Source of the DNA: an uncultured Pseudomonadota bacterium
GTDB taxonomy: Bacteria > Pseudomonadota > Alphaproteobacteria > Rhizobiales > Hyphomicrobiaceae
NCBI GenBank assembly: GCA_963786775.1
Contig: CAWBAM010000010.1
Coordinates: forward strand, 18,806 to 82,805
Length of the DNA stretch: 64,000 nt
Reading direction: 5' to 3'
The notes under the pieces are model-generated. The model was given only the letters and a program-made list of their open reading frames with translations, made no database searches and was not told where the DNA came from. Below are positions 44,298 to 54,923 of this stretch, one piece after another. Positions within the stretch are counted from its first letter, which is position 1; each line of letters opens with the position of its first letter. The position numbers and the translations under genes are program-made.

Positions 44298-45281
44298 ATG
44301 AGAAAAGCTGTCTGGTGCGGGTTTGTATTTTTAATTTTTGCACTGACCACGACGCCGTCGACGGCGGCGAAAACTTTAACGCTCAAACTGGTCCATACCC
44401 ACGCACCAGGGAGTATCTGGCACGAAGTTGCCGAGGATTACGCGTCACGGGTCAACGAGCGCTCCGGCGGAACGGTGAAAATCGAGGTCATCCGTGCGGA
44501 CGCTAATGGCGTAGCTCCTTCGTTTGAGGATCTCCTTGCTGGCGACCATGACATCATGATGCATCCGGTGGGAGCACTCGCCCGATACGACGCTCTCGCC
44601 GGTATCGAGGCCTTTCCCTACCTCATCCGCGATATTGCGCATTTCAAAGCGGTCTACAACAGTCCACTCGGCAAGGAGCTTCTGACCGAAATCGGGAAGA
44701 GAACGGCCTTCCACGTTATTGGCGCGGCCTATCGCGGGACCCACCATTTGAGCTCCAATCGTCTCGTCGAGAAGCTCGACGATCTACGTGGCCTGAAAGT
44801 CCGTGTGCCGGAGCTGAAAGTAGTTCAGCTCACCTGGGAATATCTGGGCGCTTCCCCAGTGCCGATGGATATCACTGAACTAATCGACGGACTGCGCGAG
44901 GACGTGGTGGTCGCGCAGGAAAGCCCACTGAAGGCAATGCGCGATGCGAACCTTTCAGAGGTGCAGAAATACGTCATCGAGACCGGCCATATCCTCGGCG
45001 CCATGACGTTCATACTTCCTGATGCTCGCTATTGGGCTCTGCCCGAAGAGGTGCGCATGCTCCTCCAGCAGGAAGGGGAAGCCGCCATGCGCGCTGGCAC
45101 GGATCGAATGATCGAAATGGAGCCGCGTTATCGAAAAGACCTCGAGACCCGCGGCATGACGTTCATTCCGGTCAACCGCAATGCCTTCCAGGCCAAGCTA
45201 GCTCCGATGGCCAACGAATTTGCGGAGCTGTCGTCGTGGATAGAGCGAATAAAGGCTGCTATACCACCTCCCGCGAATTAG
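44298..45281 (+). CDS. TRAP substrate-binding DctP-like protein
   Basis: DLRGLKVRVP, GASPVPM, AQESPL; signal peptide. Confidence 0.85.
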   Translation: MRKAVWCGFVFLIFALTTTPSTAAKTLTLKLVHTHAPGSIWHEVAEDYASRVNERSGGTVKIEVIRADANGVAPSFEDLLAGDHDIMMHPVGALARYDALAGIEAFPYLIRDIAHFKAVYNSPLGKELLTEIGKRTAFHVIGAAYRGTHHLSSNRLVEKLDDLRGLKVRVPELKVVQLTWEYLGASPVPMDITELIDGLREDVVVAQESPLKAMRDANLSEVQKYVIETGHILGAMTFILPDARYWALPEEVRMLLQQEGEAAMRAGTDRMIEMEPRYRKDLETRGMTFIPVNRNAFQAKLAPMANEFAELSSWIERIKAAIPPPAN

Positions 45282-45421
45282 CGGCCGCGTGAGCGGGCGA
45301 TCCCAATCCCCTCCGAAACTGAGGGGGCTAAACTCGCCTGCTGCGTTCGTCGGCCGGGCAGATGATCCTTTTCGGGCATCTGGAGAAGGACCAGCGCTGA
45401 TCCCTTACGGCGACGCAACTG

Positions 45422-45859
45422 TCACCGACACACCAGCACCGGCACGGTCGTGTGTGTCAGGACTTTCTGCGTTTCGCTGCCCAGGAGGAAAGCCGATAAT
45501 CCGCGACGGCCGTGAGAGGCCATGACGATCAAATCGCAGCCCCTGTCCTTAGCCGTTTGAATGATGCCCTCGTAAGGCTGAGGGTTCTCGATTTGCACGC
45601 AATCGCAGGACACGCCCTGCGCTTCGGCGGCTTTGGCGACAGCGTCCAACGCCGCCTTGGCTTGGGCATCGGTCATCGCCTGAAACTTTTCCGGGTCCTC
45701 CGGATAAACGACGCCTTCGATCGTCAACAGCTGAATCGGTGGCGTCACCGTCACAGCCGTCAGCTTGGCGCCCAGGTGCTTGGCGAGCTCGATGGCGTGA
45801 CTGAAGGCCCGCTCTGCAAACTCTGACCCATCGGTAGTCACAAGGATATGCTTGAACAT
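45422..45859 (-). CDS. Universal stress protein
   Basis: MFKHILVTTDGS, DLIVMASHGRRG, LLGSETQKVL. Confidence 0.93.
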   Translation of the reverse strand: MFKHILVTTDGSEFAERAFSHAIELAKHLGAKLTAVTVTPPIQLLTIEGVVYPEDPEKFQAMTDAQAKAALDAVAKAAEAQGVSCDCVQIENPQPYEGIIQTAKDRGCDLIVMASHGRRGLSAFLLGSETQKVLTHTTVPVLVCR

Positions 45860-45920
45860 CTGCTGCTCCTCCCTGAGCGCTGGTGACGCCACCAACTGAA
45901 CTGGCGCTGCCGGGGTTGCC

Positions 45921-45934
45921 TTGACGCGCATCAA
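45921..45934. promoter_or_regulatory. FNR/FixK box upstream of usp
   Basis: TTGAC-GCGC-ATCAA (one mismatch to TTGAT-N4-ATCAA), ~62 nt upstream of the ATG. Confidence 0.7.
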
Positions 45935-45987
45935 CCCGGCTTCATCAACGCATCACCTGGCGATCGGGCGCAGCAATCGCTGATGGG

Positions 45988-46519
45988 TTAGGCCGTTGCC
46001 GGCTGGTGCGAGCGCCGGTTCCAGGGCATGTAGGCCAAGATCCTTGCCATGCCGCAGAAGCCGCTGACACCGGCGAACACGAGACCAGCACCGACGAAGG
46101 CCGAAAGTAGCATAGAATGCGGGCGCGACGAGCGAGCCGAGCGCAATGCCGATCAGTACAAGGCTTCCGGCCGCGATCTGCACCTGGCGCTGAAGCTCGA
46201 TCGGCTGGCTCTTATCCTTGACGACAGGCAGCCCTGCCTTCTTCCAGGCATCGAGACCGCCTTCAAGAACATAGGCCTTGACCTTGACAGCCTGCGCAAG
46301 CTTCTCGCTGGCCGCTGTGGTGCGGCCACCGGTACGGCAATGGAAAATCACCGCAGTCGCATCACCGGTATCGATCGGCCCGAAACGGGACATCGGAGCG
46401 TGCCGCGCTCCGGGGATGCACTCACGCGCGTGCTCGTCATCCTCCCGGATGTCGATGAGGACCGCACCCTCAGCGATGTAACGCTGGGCATCCTCAGGCT
46501 TGATCGGAATGAGGCTCAT
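45988..46519 (-). CDS. Membrane rhodanese (YgaP-like, DUF2892 C-terminus; frameshift ~46110)
   Basis: [34 protein letters not shown]; shifted frame gives SGFCGMA..MPWN. Confidence 0.85.
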
Positions 46520-46578
46520 CGTGGGCTCCTTCTCATCTCTGCCGTGCGCACTCGTTTGCCGAGCGCTTCTGCTATGTG

Positions 46579-46920
46579 TCACACGTGTTTTCCCGGGGAT
46601 GGGCAGTAGAGCTCGTGAAGAGTTGCGAGCAGACGCTCGATGCGCGGATCAGCGATGCGGTACCAAAGCGTTTGGCCCTGCCGTCGAAAGGTGACAATGC
46701 CCTGCTCGCGCATCACGGCCAGGTGCTGTGACAGCGCGGACTGCGACAGGCCGACGGCCTCGCCTAAGCTCGTCACGTTCGCCTCGCCCCACTCGACGAG
46801 CTTGCACAAGATCATCAACCGGCGCTCATTGGAGAGCGCACGCAGGGTCTCAGCGACTTCGGCTGCCGCTGTCTCGAATTCCGCGATGTCGAAGGGGGTT
46901 TGTGTCATTACAGCGTCCAT
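46579..46920 (-). CDS. ArsR/SmtB regulator, BigR/SqrR/YgaV type
   Basis: RRLMILCKL, LSQSALSQHLA, LHELYC (two-Cys pattern). Confidence 0.88.
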   Translation of the reverse strand: MDAVMTQTPFDIAEFETAAAEVAETLRALSNERRLMILCKLVEWGEANVTSLGEAVGLSQSALSQHLAVMREQGIVTFRRQGQTLWYRIADPRIERLLATLHELYCPSPGKHV

Positions 46921-46958
46921 TAGATATCGCTAAATTAGGTAGCGCTAAAGCGTTGTCA
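46920..46958 (-). promoter_or_regulatory. Promoter with tandem ArsR operator palindromes
   Basis: TTAG-N6-CTAA twice (46920-46933, 46935-46948), overlapping TTGACA-N16-TAATTT on the minus strand. Confidence 0.65.
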
Positions 46959-47188
46959 ATGGATGGGGGCCGCGGCCGAGCACAGGCGGGCACGCTCTCC
47001 CGCAAAGCTCAGGAGTTCGCCGCCGGGATGAACGATGGCTCAGGTTTGCTGGAGATGTACTCCGCAACCAGCAGATCTGTCGTGCTGTGCCTAGTGTGGT
47101 GCGAAGTCGAGTTCAGGGCTCAGCGCGCCGGCGCGACGCGAGTCCCCACCGGAGCTTCGGCGCTTTGCGATGGCTCCGCGTAATTCGA

Positions 47189-47560
47189 CTACAGCCGTTC
47201 AGGCCAGTCCATCGCGCTGCGCGGCTCGTCGCGGCCGTGGACTTGAGCGGGAGGCGCGGTCGCCTCGACCGCAGTGAAGGGCTCGAGGATTCTGTAGGTG
47301 TGCTTCGCGCCAGCCGGAACCAGCCAGGAGTTGCCAGGCTCCAGCCGAATTGTCTGCCCTTCGAGCTCCAGCTCGGCTCGGCCATCGATGACATAGCCGA
47401 CCGTCTCGTAGTCGCGCACACTCTCCCGCTTATGGCTATCAGCGGGCTCGTCCTGCCATAGCCGCATCGATACGCGTTTGCCGGAGACGAGATACGTCTG
47501 TCCCATCTCGCCCTTGGGCGAGTCGGCGGAGTGGACTTTTTTCACCGTCGTGTCCGTCAT
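47189..47560 (-). CDS. Cupin domain protein
   Basis: RDYETVGYVIDGRAEL...PGNSWLVPAGAKHTY. Confidence 0.85.
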   Translation of the reverse strand: MTDTTVKKVHSADSPKGEMGQTYLVSGKRVSMRLWQDEPADSHKRESVRDYETVGYVIDGRAELELEGQTIRLEPGNSWLVPAGAKHTYRILEPFTAVEATAPPAQVHGRDEPRSAMDWPERL

Positions 47561-47678
47561 CGTACGAGTTCCGGTTCAGGCCCGTGCCACGCCGGAACGG
47601 AAATAGCGTTGCACGAGCGTCTCTTCCGGAAACCAACGGGACTATGCTCCCGTTCCAAATGACAGACGCCAACCCCTG

Positions 47679-48569
47679 TTACCCGGACTTGCCGCGGATG
47701 AACTCGATAATGCCGGAGAAATCGACACCCGCGTTCCCGTTAGCTACGTACAGCTGATAAAGCTGCGCCGCCTCGGCTCCCAAGGGCGTTGGTACGCCGG
47801 TCGCACGGGCGGCCTCCTGAGCCAAACTCAAATCCTTGAGCATCAGCTCTGCCGCGAAGCCGGGTTTGTAGCCGTTGTTGGCCGGCGAGGTGGGCACTGG
47901 CCCGGGCACTGGGCAGTAGGTGGTGATTGACCAGCATTGCCCCGACGAGGTGGAGGCGACATCGAACAGAGCCTGATGCGAGAGCCCCAGCTTCTCCGCC
48001 AGATTGAACGCCTCGCAGACGCCGATCATGCTGATGCCGAGGATCATGTTGTTGCAGATCTTGGCCGCCTGACCCGCACCCGCATCACCGCAATGCACGA
48101 CCTTCCGGCTCATCTTTTCGAGTACCGGACGCGCCTTCTCGAACGCCTCTGCGCTCCCTCCGGCCATCAGCGTCAGCGTGGCTGCCTCGGCGCCGCCGAC
48201 ACCGCCGGAGACGGGGCAGTCGAGCGACAGCTTGCCGGCCGCGGCTGCCAGCTCGTGAGCCCGGCGCGCCGAGGCGACGTCGATCGTTGAGCAGTCGACG
48301 AACACGGCGCCCTCGGCGGCCACATTGAGCACGTTCGTAGTCTCATAGACGGCGATCGTGTCCTTGCCTGCCGGCAGCATGGTGATGACGACGTCGGCCC
48401 CCTCGGCTGCCGCCTCGGCACTTTGTGCAGCCTGAACCCCGCGCGCGGTCGCTCTTTCCAAGTTGGCGGGGACGAGGTCATACCCCGTGACTGGGTAGCC
48501 TGCCTTTACGAGGTTCCCAGCCATCGGTGTCCCCATGTTGCCGAGTCCGATGAACGCGATCTTGGTCAT
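47679..48569 (-). CDS. mmsB: 3-hydroxyisobutyrate dehydrogenase
   Basis: FIGLGNMG, PVSGG, KICNNMILG, YCPVPGP. Confidence 0.93.
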   Translation of the reverse strand: MTKIAFIGLGNMGTPMAGNLVKAGYPVTGYDLVPANLERATARGVQAAQSAEAAAEGADVVITMLPAGKDTIAVYETTNVLNVAAEGAVFVDCSTIDVASARRAHELAAAAGKLSLDCPVSGGVGGAEAATLTLMAGGSAEAFEKARPVLEKMSRKVVHCGDAGAGQAAKICNNMILGISMIGVCEAFNLAEKLGLSHQALFDVASTSSGQCWSITTYCPVPGPVPTSPANNGYKPGFAAELMLKDLSLAQEAARATGVPTPLGAEAAQLYQLYVANGNAGVDFSGIIEFIRGKSG

Positions 48570-48608
48570 ATCGTCCTCCCTGTATCGTGATGGGCTCGCG
48601 CGGGTTCG

Positions 48609-49436
48609 TCAGCGCCCGGACCACTGGGGCTGCCGCTTTGCAAGGAAAGCCTCCAACCCTTCCCGGAAGTCGGCACTGGTATAGATCTGCCCGATCACAT
48701 CGGTGTCATCGACTTTCGGCGACTGCTCACGGAGGCGGCGCAGAAGCTCCTTCGTGGCCCGAAGCGTCAACGGCGCGTGACCGGATAACTGGCGCGCCAG
48801 CTCCTCCGCGCGAGTCATCAATGCGGCATGGTCCTCGACAACCTCCAAGACGAGACCCGCCGTCAGGGCCTCCTCGGCGCCCATCAAGCGCGCCGTAAAG
48901 ATCAGGTCCTTGACCCGCCCTTCCCCGATCAGCCGGACGAGACGATCGAGAGTTGCAGCAGAAAGGCAGTTGCCGAGTGTGCGGGCAATCGGAAACCCGA
49001 ACTTCATGTCCCGTGTGGCAATCCGCAAGTCGCAGCAGGCCGCGATGGCAGCGCCTCCGCCCGTGCACGCTCCTGCAATGGCGGCAATGGTCGGCACTGG
49101 GCAGGACTCGACGGCTGTCATGATCCCGTTGGCGTGCTTTTCATAAGCGATGCCCTGCTCAGGCGTGCGAAAATCCCGAAACAGCGAGATGTCAGTGCCC
49201 GCGGCGAACGCGCGGTCACCGGCACCAGTGATGACGATGGCTGCGACAGATCCGTCCGTCGGCGCGCCGGCGCAGATTTCTGCCAGCCGGTCGTACATGC
49301 CAAAGGTCAAGGCGTTCCGAGCCTGCGGCCTGTTGAAGGTCACGAACCCGATTCGATCGCGAACCTCATAGATGATCTCATCCGCGCCTGCTACGGCTTG
49401 TTCCGCCCGATCCATCTCAACCTCATCGTCCTTCAT
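48609..49436 (-). CDS. Enoyl-CoA hydratase/isomerase
   Basis: NRPQARNAL, AFAAGTDI, GGGAAIAACCDLR, EGLEAFLAKR. Confidence 0.9.
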   Translation of the reverse strand: MKDDEVEMDRAEQAVAGADEIIYEVRDRIGFVTFNRPQARNALTFGMYDRLAEICAGAPTDGSVAAIVITGAGDRAFAAGTDISLFRDFRTPEQGIAYEKHANGIMTAVESCPVPTIAAIAGACTGGGAAIAACCDLRIATRDMKFGFPIARTLGNCLSAATLDRLVRLIGEGRVKDLIFTARLMGAEEALTAGLVLEVVEDHAALMTRAEELARQLSGHAPLTLRATKELLRRLREQSPKVDDTDVIGQIYTSADFREGLEAFLAKRQPQWSGR

Positions 49437-49766
49437 GCCTGCCGGAGCTTCCCGGCGAGTTCGGCTCAAGCAAACCGCCTCGCACTCCGGAAGGCAATTG
49501 CTTTCAACACGGTTTGTCGAGCAATCATCGAGCCCAGCGATTGAGCCGTCGCGGACCAACGCCTCGCGAGGGCTTCCGCTTCAATCGCGATCCCGTGATC
49601 TCTGCCCCACACCTCCCAGCGGCTCTACAGCAGCCCTGGAACCGGAAGCTTTTTCCGAAATGCCCCTAATCGTGTGTTCTTCTGTCGCGCGGCACACCTG
49701 GAGCTGGCGCGGGCTGCTGATTTGGGTTTCCATGGCTCGAACCAGGATCTGACAACTCGGTTCGCA

Positions 49767-49922
49767 ATGGTGAAAAACCGGCTGAGACATCGTTCACGTG
49801 AGGTCGCCATCGCGGTGGCCATCACCTTGGCCGCGGTGGCGGCAGTGATCGCGACATTGTCGAGCCAGGAGGAGGACGCTCAAACCGCAGAGCCAATGGC
49901 CCTCGTCACACCCAAAAGGTGA
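49767..49922 (+). CDS. Small single-TM hypothetical protein
   Basis: MVKNRLRHRSRE followed by a 20-aa hydrophobic stretch. Confidence 0.4.
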   Translation: MVKNRLRHRSREVAIAVAITLAAVAAVIATLSSQEEDAQTAEPMALVTPKR

Positions 49923-49949
49923 GCACATCAGGTCGTAGGGGCGAGGCCG

Positions 49950-50729
49950 TCACTCGGCAGTCCATCCACCGTCGATGGAGTAGTTGGCGCCAGTAATCGA
50001 GGCGGCAGCATCGCTGGCGAGAAATGCGGCCAAGGCACCGACCTGCTCTACGGTGATGAACTCCCGCGTCGGCTGGCGTGACAGGATCTGCTCGCGCGCC
50101 TCTGCTTCGCTGATGCCCTGCGTGCGGGCAAGATCGGGTATCTGCCGCTCCACCAGCGGTGTCCAGACGAACCCTGGCGAGATAGCGTTGACCGTCACAC
50201 CGTGCCGGGCAACCTCGAGGGCGACAGCCTTCGTGAGACCGGCCAGCCCGTGCTTGGCTGCGATATAGGCGCACTTGTTGGGCGATGCTGTCAGTGAGTG
50301 CGCTGAGCAGATGTTTATGATTCTTCCCCACCGCCGCGCCTTCATGCCGGGAACGGCGGCGCGGATGGCATGGAAGGCTGCCGACAGATTGACAGCGATG
50401 ATGGCGTCCCACTTCTCGATGGGGAACTCCTCGACCGGGGCGACGTGCTGGATCCCTGCGTTGTTGACGAGGATGTCGACGCTGCCGAAGTTTTGCTCCG
50501 CTGAGGCGACCATGTCGGCGATCTGATTGTGGCGCAGCATGTTGGCACCGTGGAACATGACACGCGTGCCGTGAGCCGCCACCGCCCGGATCTGCTCAGC
50601 GTTTTCGTTCTCATCCCCAAGGCCGTTCATGACAATATTCGCCCCCTCCTTCGCGAGGGCATGGGCAATGCCAAGGCCAATCCCCGACGTGGAGCCGGTG
50701 ACGATGGCTGTCTTGCCTTTGAGTTGCAT
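49950..50729 (-). CDS. bdhA: D-3-hydroxybutyrate dehydrogenase
   Basis: TGSTSGIG, NNAGIQHV, YIAAKHG, PGFVWTPLV. Confidence 0.9.
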   Translation of the reverse strand: MQLKGKTAIVTGSTSGIGLGIAHALAKEGANIVMNGLGDENENAEQIRAVAAHGTRVMFHGANMLRHNQIADMVASAEQNFGSVDILVNNAGIQHVAPVEEFPIEKWDAIIAVNLSAAFHAIRAAVPGMKARRWGRIINICSAHSLTASPNKCAYIAAKHGLAGLTKAVALEVARHGVTVNAISPGFVWTPLVERQIPDLARTQGISEAEAREQILSRQPTREFITVEQVGALAAFLASDAAASITGANYSIDGGWTAE

Positions 50730-50860
50730 GGGTGCCTCCATTCCCGAGGTTGTACCGTTGACCGCTCCGCCGCCCGATGCCGACCAATATCGGTCCGCGC
50801 TGGGCTCCGGCAGTCATTCTAACGGCGACTTGAGGACTGCGGCACAGATCCCGTGCGCGC

Positions 50861-52363
50861 TTACTCAACGCCCACGAAGCCCTCGAGCCTGTAGAACGCG
50901 ACTTTCCGGCCCGGCCCTGCGCCAGCCGGCACCTCGCGCTCAACAATCGGCTCGACGACAGCAAATCTGCTGCTCACCCTCTCTGCGCCGCGACGAAAGC
51001 TGACCAACAGCACCGGTTCGGGTGAACCTCTTTGGTAAGCACGGGTCAGCTCGTAGTGATCCTTTGGACGCACGCCTGGCTCGCGCCAGGCGAACACCGA
51101 TGTAGGCTCATCACGCATGTAATAGAGCAGCTCTGCCGTGATCGCACGGTCGTCTGCAATCACGGCGCCGAACGGCCGTCCGGATTGCCGCGCTTCGGCC
51201 AGCACTGTCGCGGTCTCCTGCGCGAGTTCCCGCCAACCCAGTGTCCGTGCGAAGGGGTCACCACCTACAGGCAGACGGAACGATCCAGCCGCTGCCGTCG
51301 CAAGCCCAATGCCGACCAGAATTGCCGCGTGCAGCGCGAGCGAGCTCTTGAACCATCGCCAAGCACCTTCGCGAAGCATCGTCGCTGTTACCAGCACGGT
51401 GGCCGAGACGTAGCTGACAGCGGCCCAGTTCGCATGCGCCCGCGAAAGGAACGCCTGGATGGTGACAAGAACAATCACTGGGAGCGCAAACGCCAGCAGC
51501 AAACGATCGGGCTCTGGCAGCCCATCCCGCCAGGCGCGCCAGGTGATCACCAGCAGCGAGCCGAAGAGGATCGGCCCAAACACGCCGAACTGCGCGCCGA
51601 AGAACTCCAGTGCTTTCTCGGGATGAAAGAGCGTTCCGCCCCAATTGGCGTTGTCGGCTGTATGAGCGAAGGTGGCGAAGCTGTTCGCAGCGTTCCAGGC
51701 GAGATTGGGCGCGATCAGCAGCAGGCCGATGCCGAGTGCTGCATAGGCTCGGGCATCATGAAGAAGGCGGCGCTTTTCCGGAACGGCCACCATGTAGGCG
51801 GCCGCCGAAAGAAGGAAGTACACCATCGCATACTTGGCATTGAGCCCAAGCCCGAGCGCCACGCCCAGCAGCACCGCGGGCCACCAGCGGTCGGAATCGA
51901 GGAGCCGCACGAGCGCATAAAGTGCGACGGCCCAGAAAAACAGCAACGGCACATCCGTTGAGATAATGCCCGCAGAGAGCGAAATACCGGGCAGCGTCGC
52001 GAACACGACGGCGGACCAGAACCCCACACGCCGATCATAGAGCCGCGCGGCCACAGCATAGATCACGAGCGCCGTTGCCGAATGGATGATCGGCGACGGC
52101 AAGCGGATGCAGAACTCCGAGTGGCCGCATGCCTCAGTGGCCACGCGGATCACCCACGCGATCAGCGGCGGCTTGGAATAGTAGCCGAAGGCCGGCTCCA
52201 GGCTCCACGACCAGTACTGAGCTTCATCGAAGAACAGGTCGGTGGCGTTGAACGCCAGAGCCACCATCCGGACCACGAGCAGTCCGCCAAGCACCGCGAC
52301 GAGTGCTGGGAACCAGGCCTCACCGGCCACCCGGTCGCCTTCTAGTCCGGGCTGCACCGTCAT
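50861..52363 (-). CDS. GT-C (ArnT/RgtA-D-like) lipid A/core glycosyltransferase
   Basis: DEAQYW, YSKPPL, STDVPL, AKY; multi-TM. Confidence 0.88.
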   Translation of the reverse strand: MTVQPGLEGDRVAGEAWFPALVAVLGGLLVVRMVALAFNATDLFFDEAQYWSWSLEPAFGYYSKPPLIAWVIRVATEACGHSEFCIRLPSPIIHSATALVIYAVAARLYDRRVGFWSAVVFATLPGISLSAGIISTDVPLLFFWAVALYALVRLLDSDRWWPAVLLGVALGLGLNAKYAMVYFLLSAAAYMVAVPEKRRLLHDARAYAALGIGLLLIAPNLAWNAANSFATFAHTADNANWGGTLFHPEKALEFFGAQFGVFGPILFGSLLVITWRAWRDGLPEPDRLLLAFALPVIVLVTIQAFLSRAHANWAAVSYVSATVLVTATMLREGAWRWFKSSLALHAAILVGIGLATAAAGSFRLPVGGDPFARTLGWRELAQETATVLAEARQSGRPFGAVIADDRAITAELLYYMRDEPTSVFAWREPGVRPKDHYELTRAYQRGSPEPVLLVSFRRGAERVSSRFAVVEPIVEREVPAGAGPGRKVAFYRLEGFVGVE

Positions 52364-52525
52364 GGTCTGCCGCTCCCCCGTGACATCTGCGAGCAGGCCG
52401 TGCAGCCCGCCGTTGCCCATTTACATGGTTGAGCGACGCTCGCAAACCCTGATACCTTCGGTCGAGCGTGCCTTAAGGCACAACTCGCGTGCCATGGCCG
52501 CCACGACGGGGGCATCACATCGCTC

Positions 52526-53336
52526 ATGCGCATCTCAGTGGTCATTCCCGCCCTCAATGAGGCCGGCAACATCGGCCGCCTCGTCGAGGAGACGTATGCT
52601 ACGGTCCCCGCCGACTATCTGGCGGAGGTCATCGTCGTCGACGATGCCAGCGAGGATGCTACTGGCGAAGAGGTCAAGGCACTGATCGCCTCCGGCCGCT
52701 GCCCGGGCCTGCGTTATCTCCGCCACGGCACGCGTGCCGGACAAAGCGCCGCGATGAGAACCGGGATTTTAGCAGCTTCGAGCCCGATCATCGCTACGCA
52801 TGGACGGCGATGGACAGAACGATCCCCGTGACATTCCCCGCCTGCTCGCCCGGCTTGCCCCGCCCGGAACGTCCGGCCCTGCGCTCGTCGGCGGTATACG
52901 CACAGACCGCAAGGCGGAGGGTGCCAAGCGCTTCGCGTCCAAGGCGGCGAACTGGATCAGGGACGCTGTGCTCCGCGATTCCTGCCCTGATACGGGCTGC
53001 GGGATTAAGGTCTATTGGCGGGAGGTTTTCCTGCGGCTGCCGTTCTTCACCAGCATGCACCGCTATCTGCCGGCGCTGTTCCTGACCTACGGCCACGAGG
53101 TCGCCTATGTGCCGGTCAACGATCGCCCGCGGCAGGCAGGCCAGTCCAAGTACAACAACCTGAGCCGCGCATTGATCGGCCTTTATGATCTAATCGGTGT
53201 GAGCTGGCTGCGCCGGCGCACCCGTGTTCCCGAGATCGTCGAGGATGTGCCGGAGGGACGCCACATCTCTGACCTCGGCCGGCGGTTGAAATTGCGGAGT
53301 GATGGCCTGGTGCGTAAGACCGGCGACAAGAGCTGA
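52526..53336 (+). CDS. GT2 polyprenyl-phosphate sugar synthase (RgtE-like; frameshift ~52798)
   Basis: SVVIPALNE, VDDASED, GQSAA, DGDGQNDP, DTGCGIK, HRYLP. Confidence 0.88.
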
Positions 53337-53376
53337 GCGGTAAGCCCAGGATCCGACGCGACGCATCGGGGGATCA

Positions 53377-53736
53377 ATGGATTTTCTTGCAACTGCCGCA
53401 TCCAAGATTGCGGCTTGGTGGACCTCCACTCCCACAGCGGAGAAGGTGTGGCTGGCCGTGGGCTTCGTGGCTCAGCTCATGTTCTCCATGCGCTTCATCG
53501 TGCAATGGATCGCGAGTGAGCGCGCTCGCCGCTCCATCGTGCCTGAGACCTTCTGGTATTTCAGTCTGGCCGGCGGCGCCCTGCTCTTCGCGTACGCGAT
53601 CTACCGTCTCGACCCTGTGTTCATGTTGGGCCAGGGCATGGGCCTGTTCATCTATGCCCGCAACCTACACTTCATACTGCGCAGCAAGCGTCTACCTGCC
53701 GCGCCGGATGGGGAGGTTGCCGGCAGGCAGTCCTGA
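53377..53736 (+). CDS. Lipid A biosynthesis N-terminal (LAB_N) domain protein
   Basis: RFIVQWIASE..RSIVPETFWYFS, DPVF..GQ, YARNL. Confidence 0.88.
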   Translation: MDFLATAASKIAAWWTSTPTAEKVWLAVGFVAQLMFSMRFIVQWIASERARRSIVPETFWYFSLAGGALLFAYAIYRLDPVFMLGQGMGLFIYARNLHFILRSKRLPAAPDGEVAGRQS

Positions 53737-53815
53737 CGCTGCAGCAAGGCAGTTCCCCATTTGCGTCCCATGGGCTTCACATCTCCGATTCTCGTGCTAT
53801 ATAAGCCTTACACCG

Positions 53816-53840
53816 AAGCCGCCCCCGCCGGGCGGCTTTT
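53816..53840 (+). terminator. Hairpin with short U-tail upstream of tRNA
   Basis: AAGCCGCCC-ccgcc-GGGCGGCTT-TT. Confidence 0.45.
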
Positions 53841-53896
53841 GATATCGGACCGCAGCCGAGCCCTGCTCGCTCGGCTTGTCGGCAAACAGCTGGTGA

Positions 53897-53974
<78 letters not shown>

Positions 53975-54923
53975 ATTTTCCTATCAAACTCAAAAGCTTG
54001 CGAAACCGAACGCGATCTGGTCCCTGTAGCGTTGCTTCTTCGGTAGCCATCGCGTTCGAGATTGACAGCCTTGATGTCACAGATGACGGTGTGCGGATGG
54101 GTGCAGGCCGACCGAACTCGCGGATGAGGCTAACAAGGTTTAGCCTTGCCGTGTGCGTGCAGAGCGGCGAGCTACAATAGGTCCACCCCAATTAGCCACT
54201 CCTCGCTTCCGTCACACTGGCTTCGCTTCCTCGGTTCGACAGCGCGGCGAAAATTGTGGTACCGCCAATGCGGCTGAGCACTGCGCCCGCCCTCTACTGC
54301 ACACGAAATGTCCGGATTGGCCGGGCCTCACAGCCGTGAAGGAAAACATTTAATCGGTCAGAACTGCGTTCACCTGCGCGCTTCCGACACTGCCGGTATC
54401 TCAGCGTCTTCCGGATGATGGAGCCCCTGCCGTTGTGGATCCTGGCTTTGCCATGTATCCCGTCGCGGTCTATGCGAGTGTCGTTCAGGCGTTGCCGCTC
54501 GTACCTCATCAAAAGCTCGCTTTTTTCATCGGCACGCTAGCAGTTTTTTTTTCAGCAACAGTATGGGCGCGCAGATTGCAATTTGCGAGGCACTGCTCGA
54601 GGTCGTCGCCCGTAAGCTCGGTGATCGTGCCACACGTGCTCTGGCGAGGGGTGAACGGCTCATTTCCGACCTGCCGATCCGACGCGACTAAAGCGAAAAT
54701 GACCGTTTCAAATTGTTGAGATTTGGTCGCTCTGGCCTCTCCAAAAAGAACGCAGAAGAAGCACACGTCTCCCGCTCAACCTTTTCTCGCTCCACCGCCC
54801 CGTCTGTGATTGACAAGCAACACCGGCAGCAGAATTGGCCGCGTGCAACCGGCGGTGGTCGCAAGGCAGTTGTGGTCCTCCTTACACTCCCATCTGACGT
54901 AAGAGGGGTCGGGAGTTGCGGAA

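Noticed and set aside
47635-47656. GGAAC...CGTT as an EcfG-type promoter for the cupin gene
   Set aside because: Spacer is only 13 nt; better explained as a hairpin downstream of mmsB
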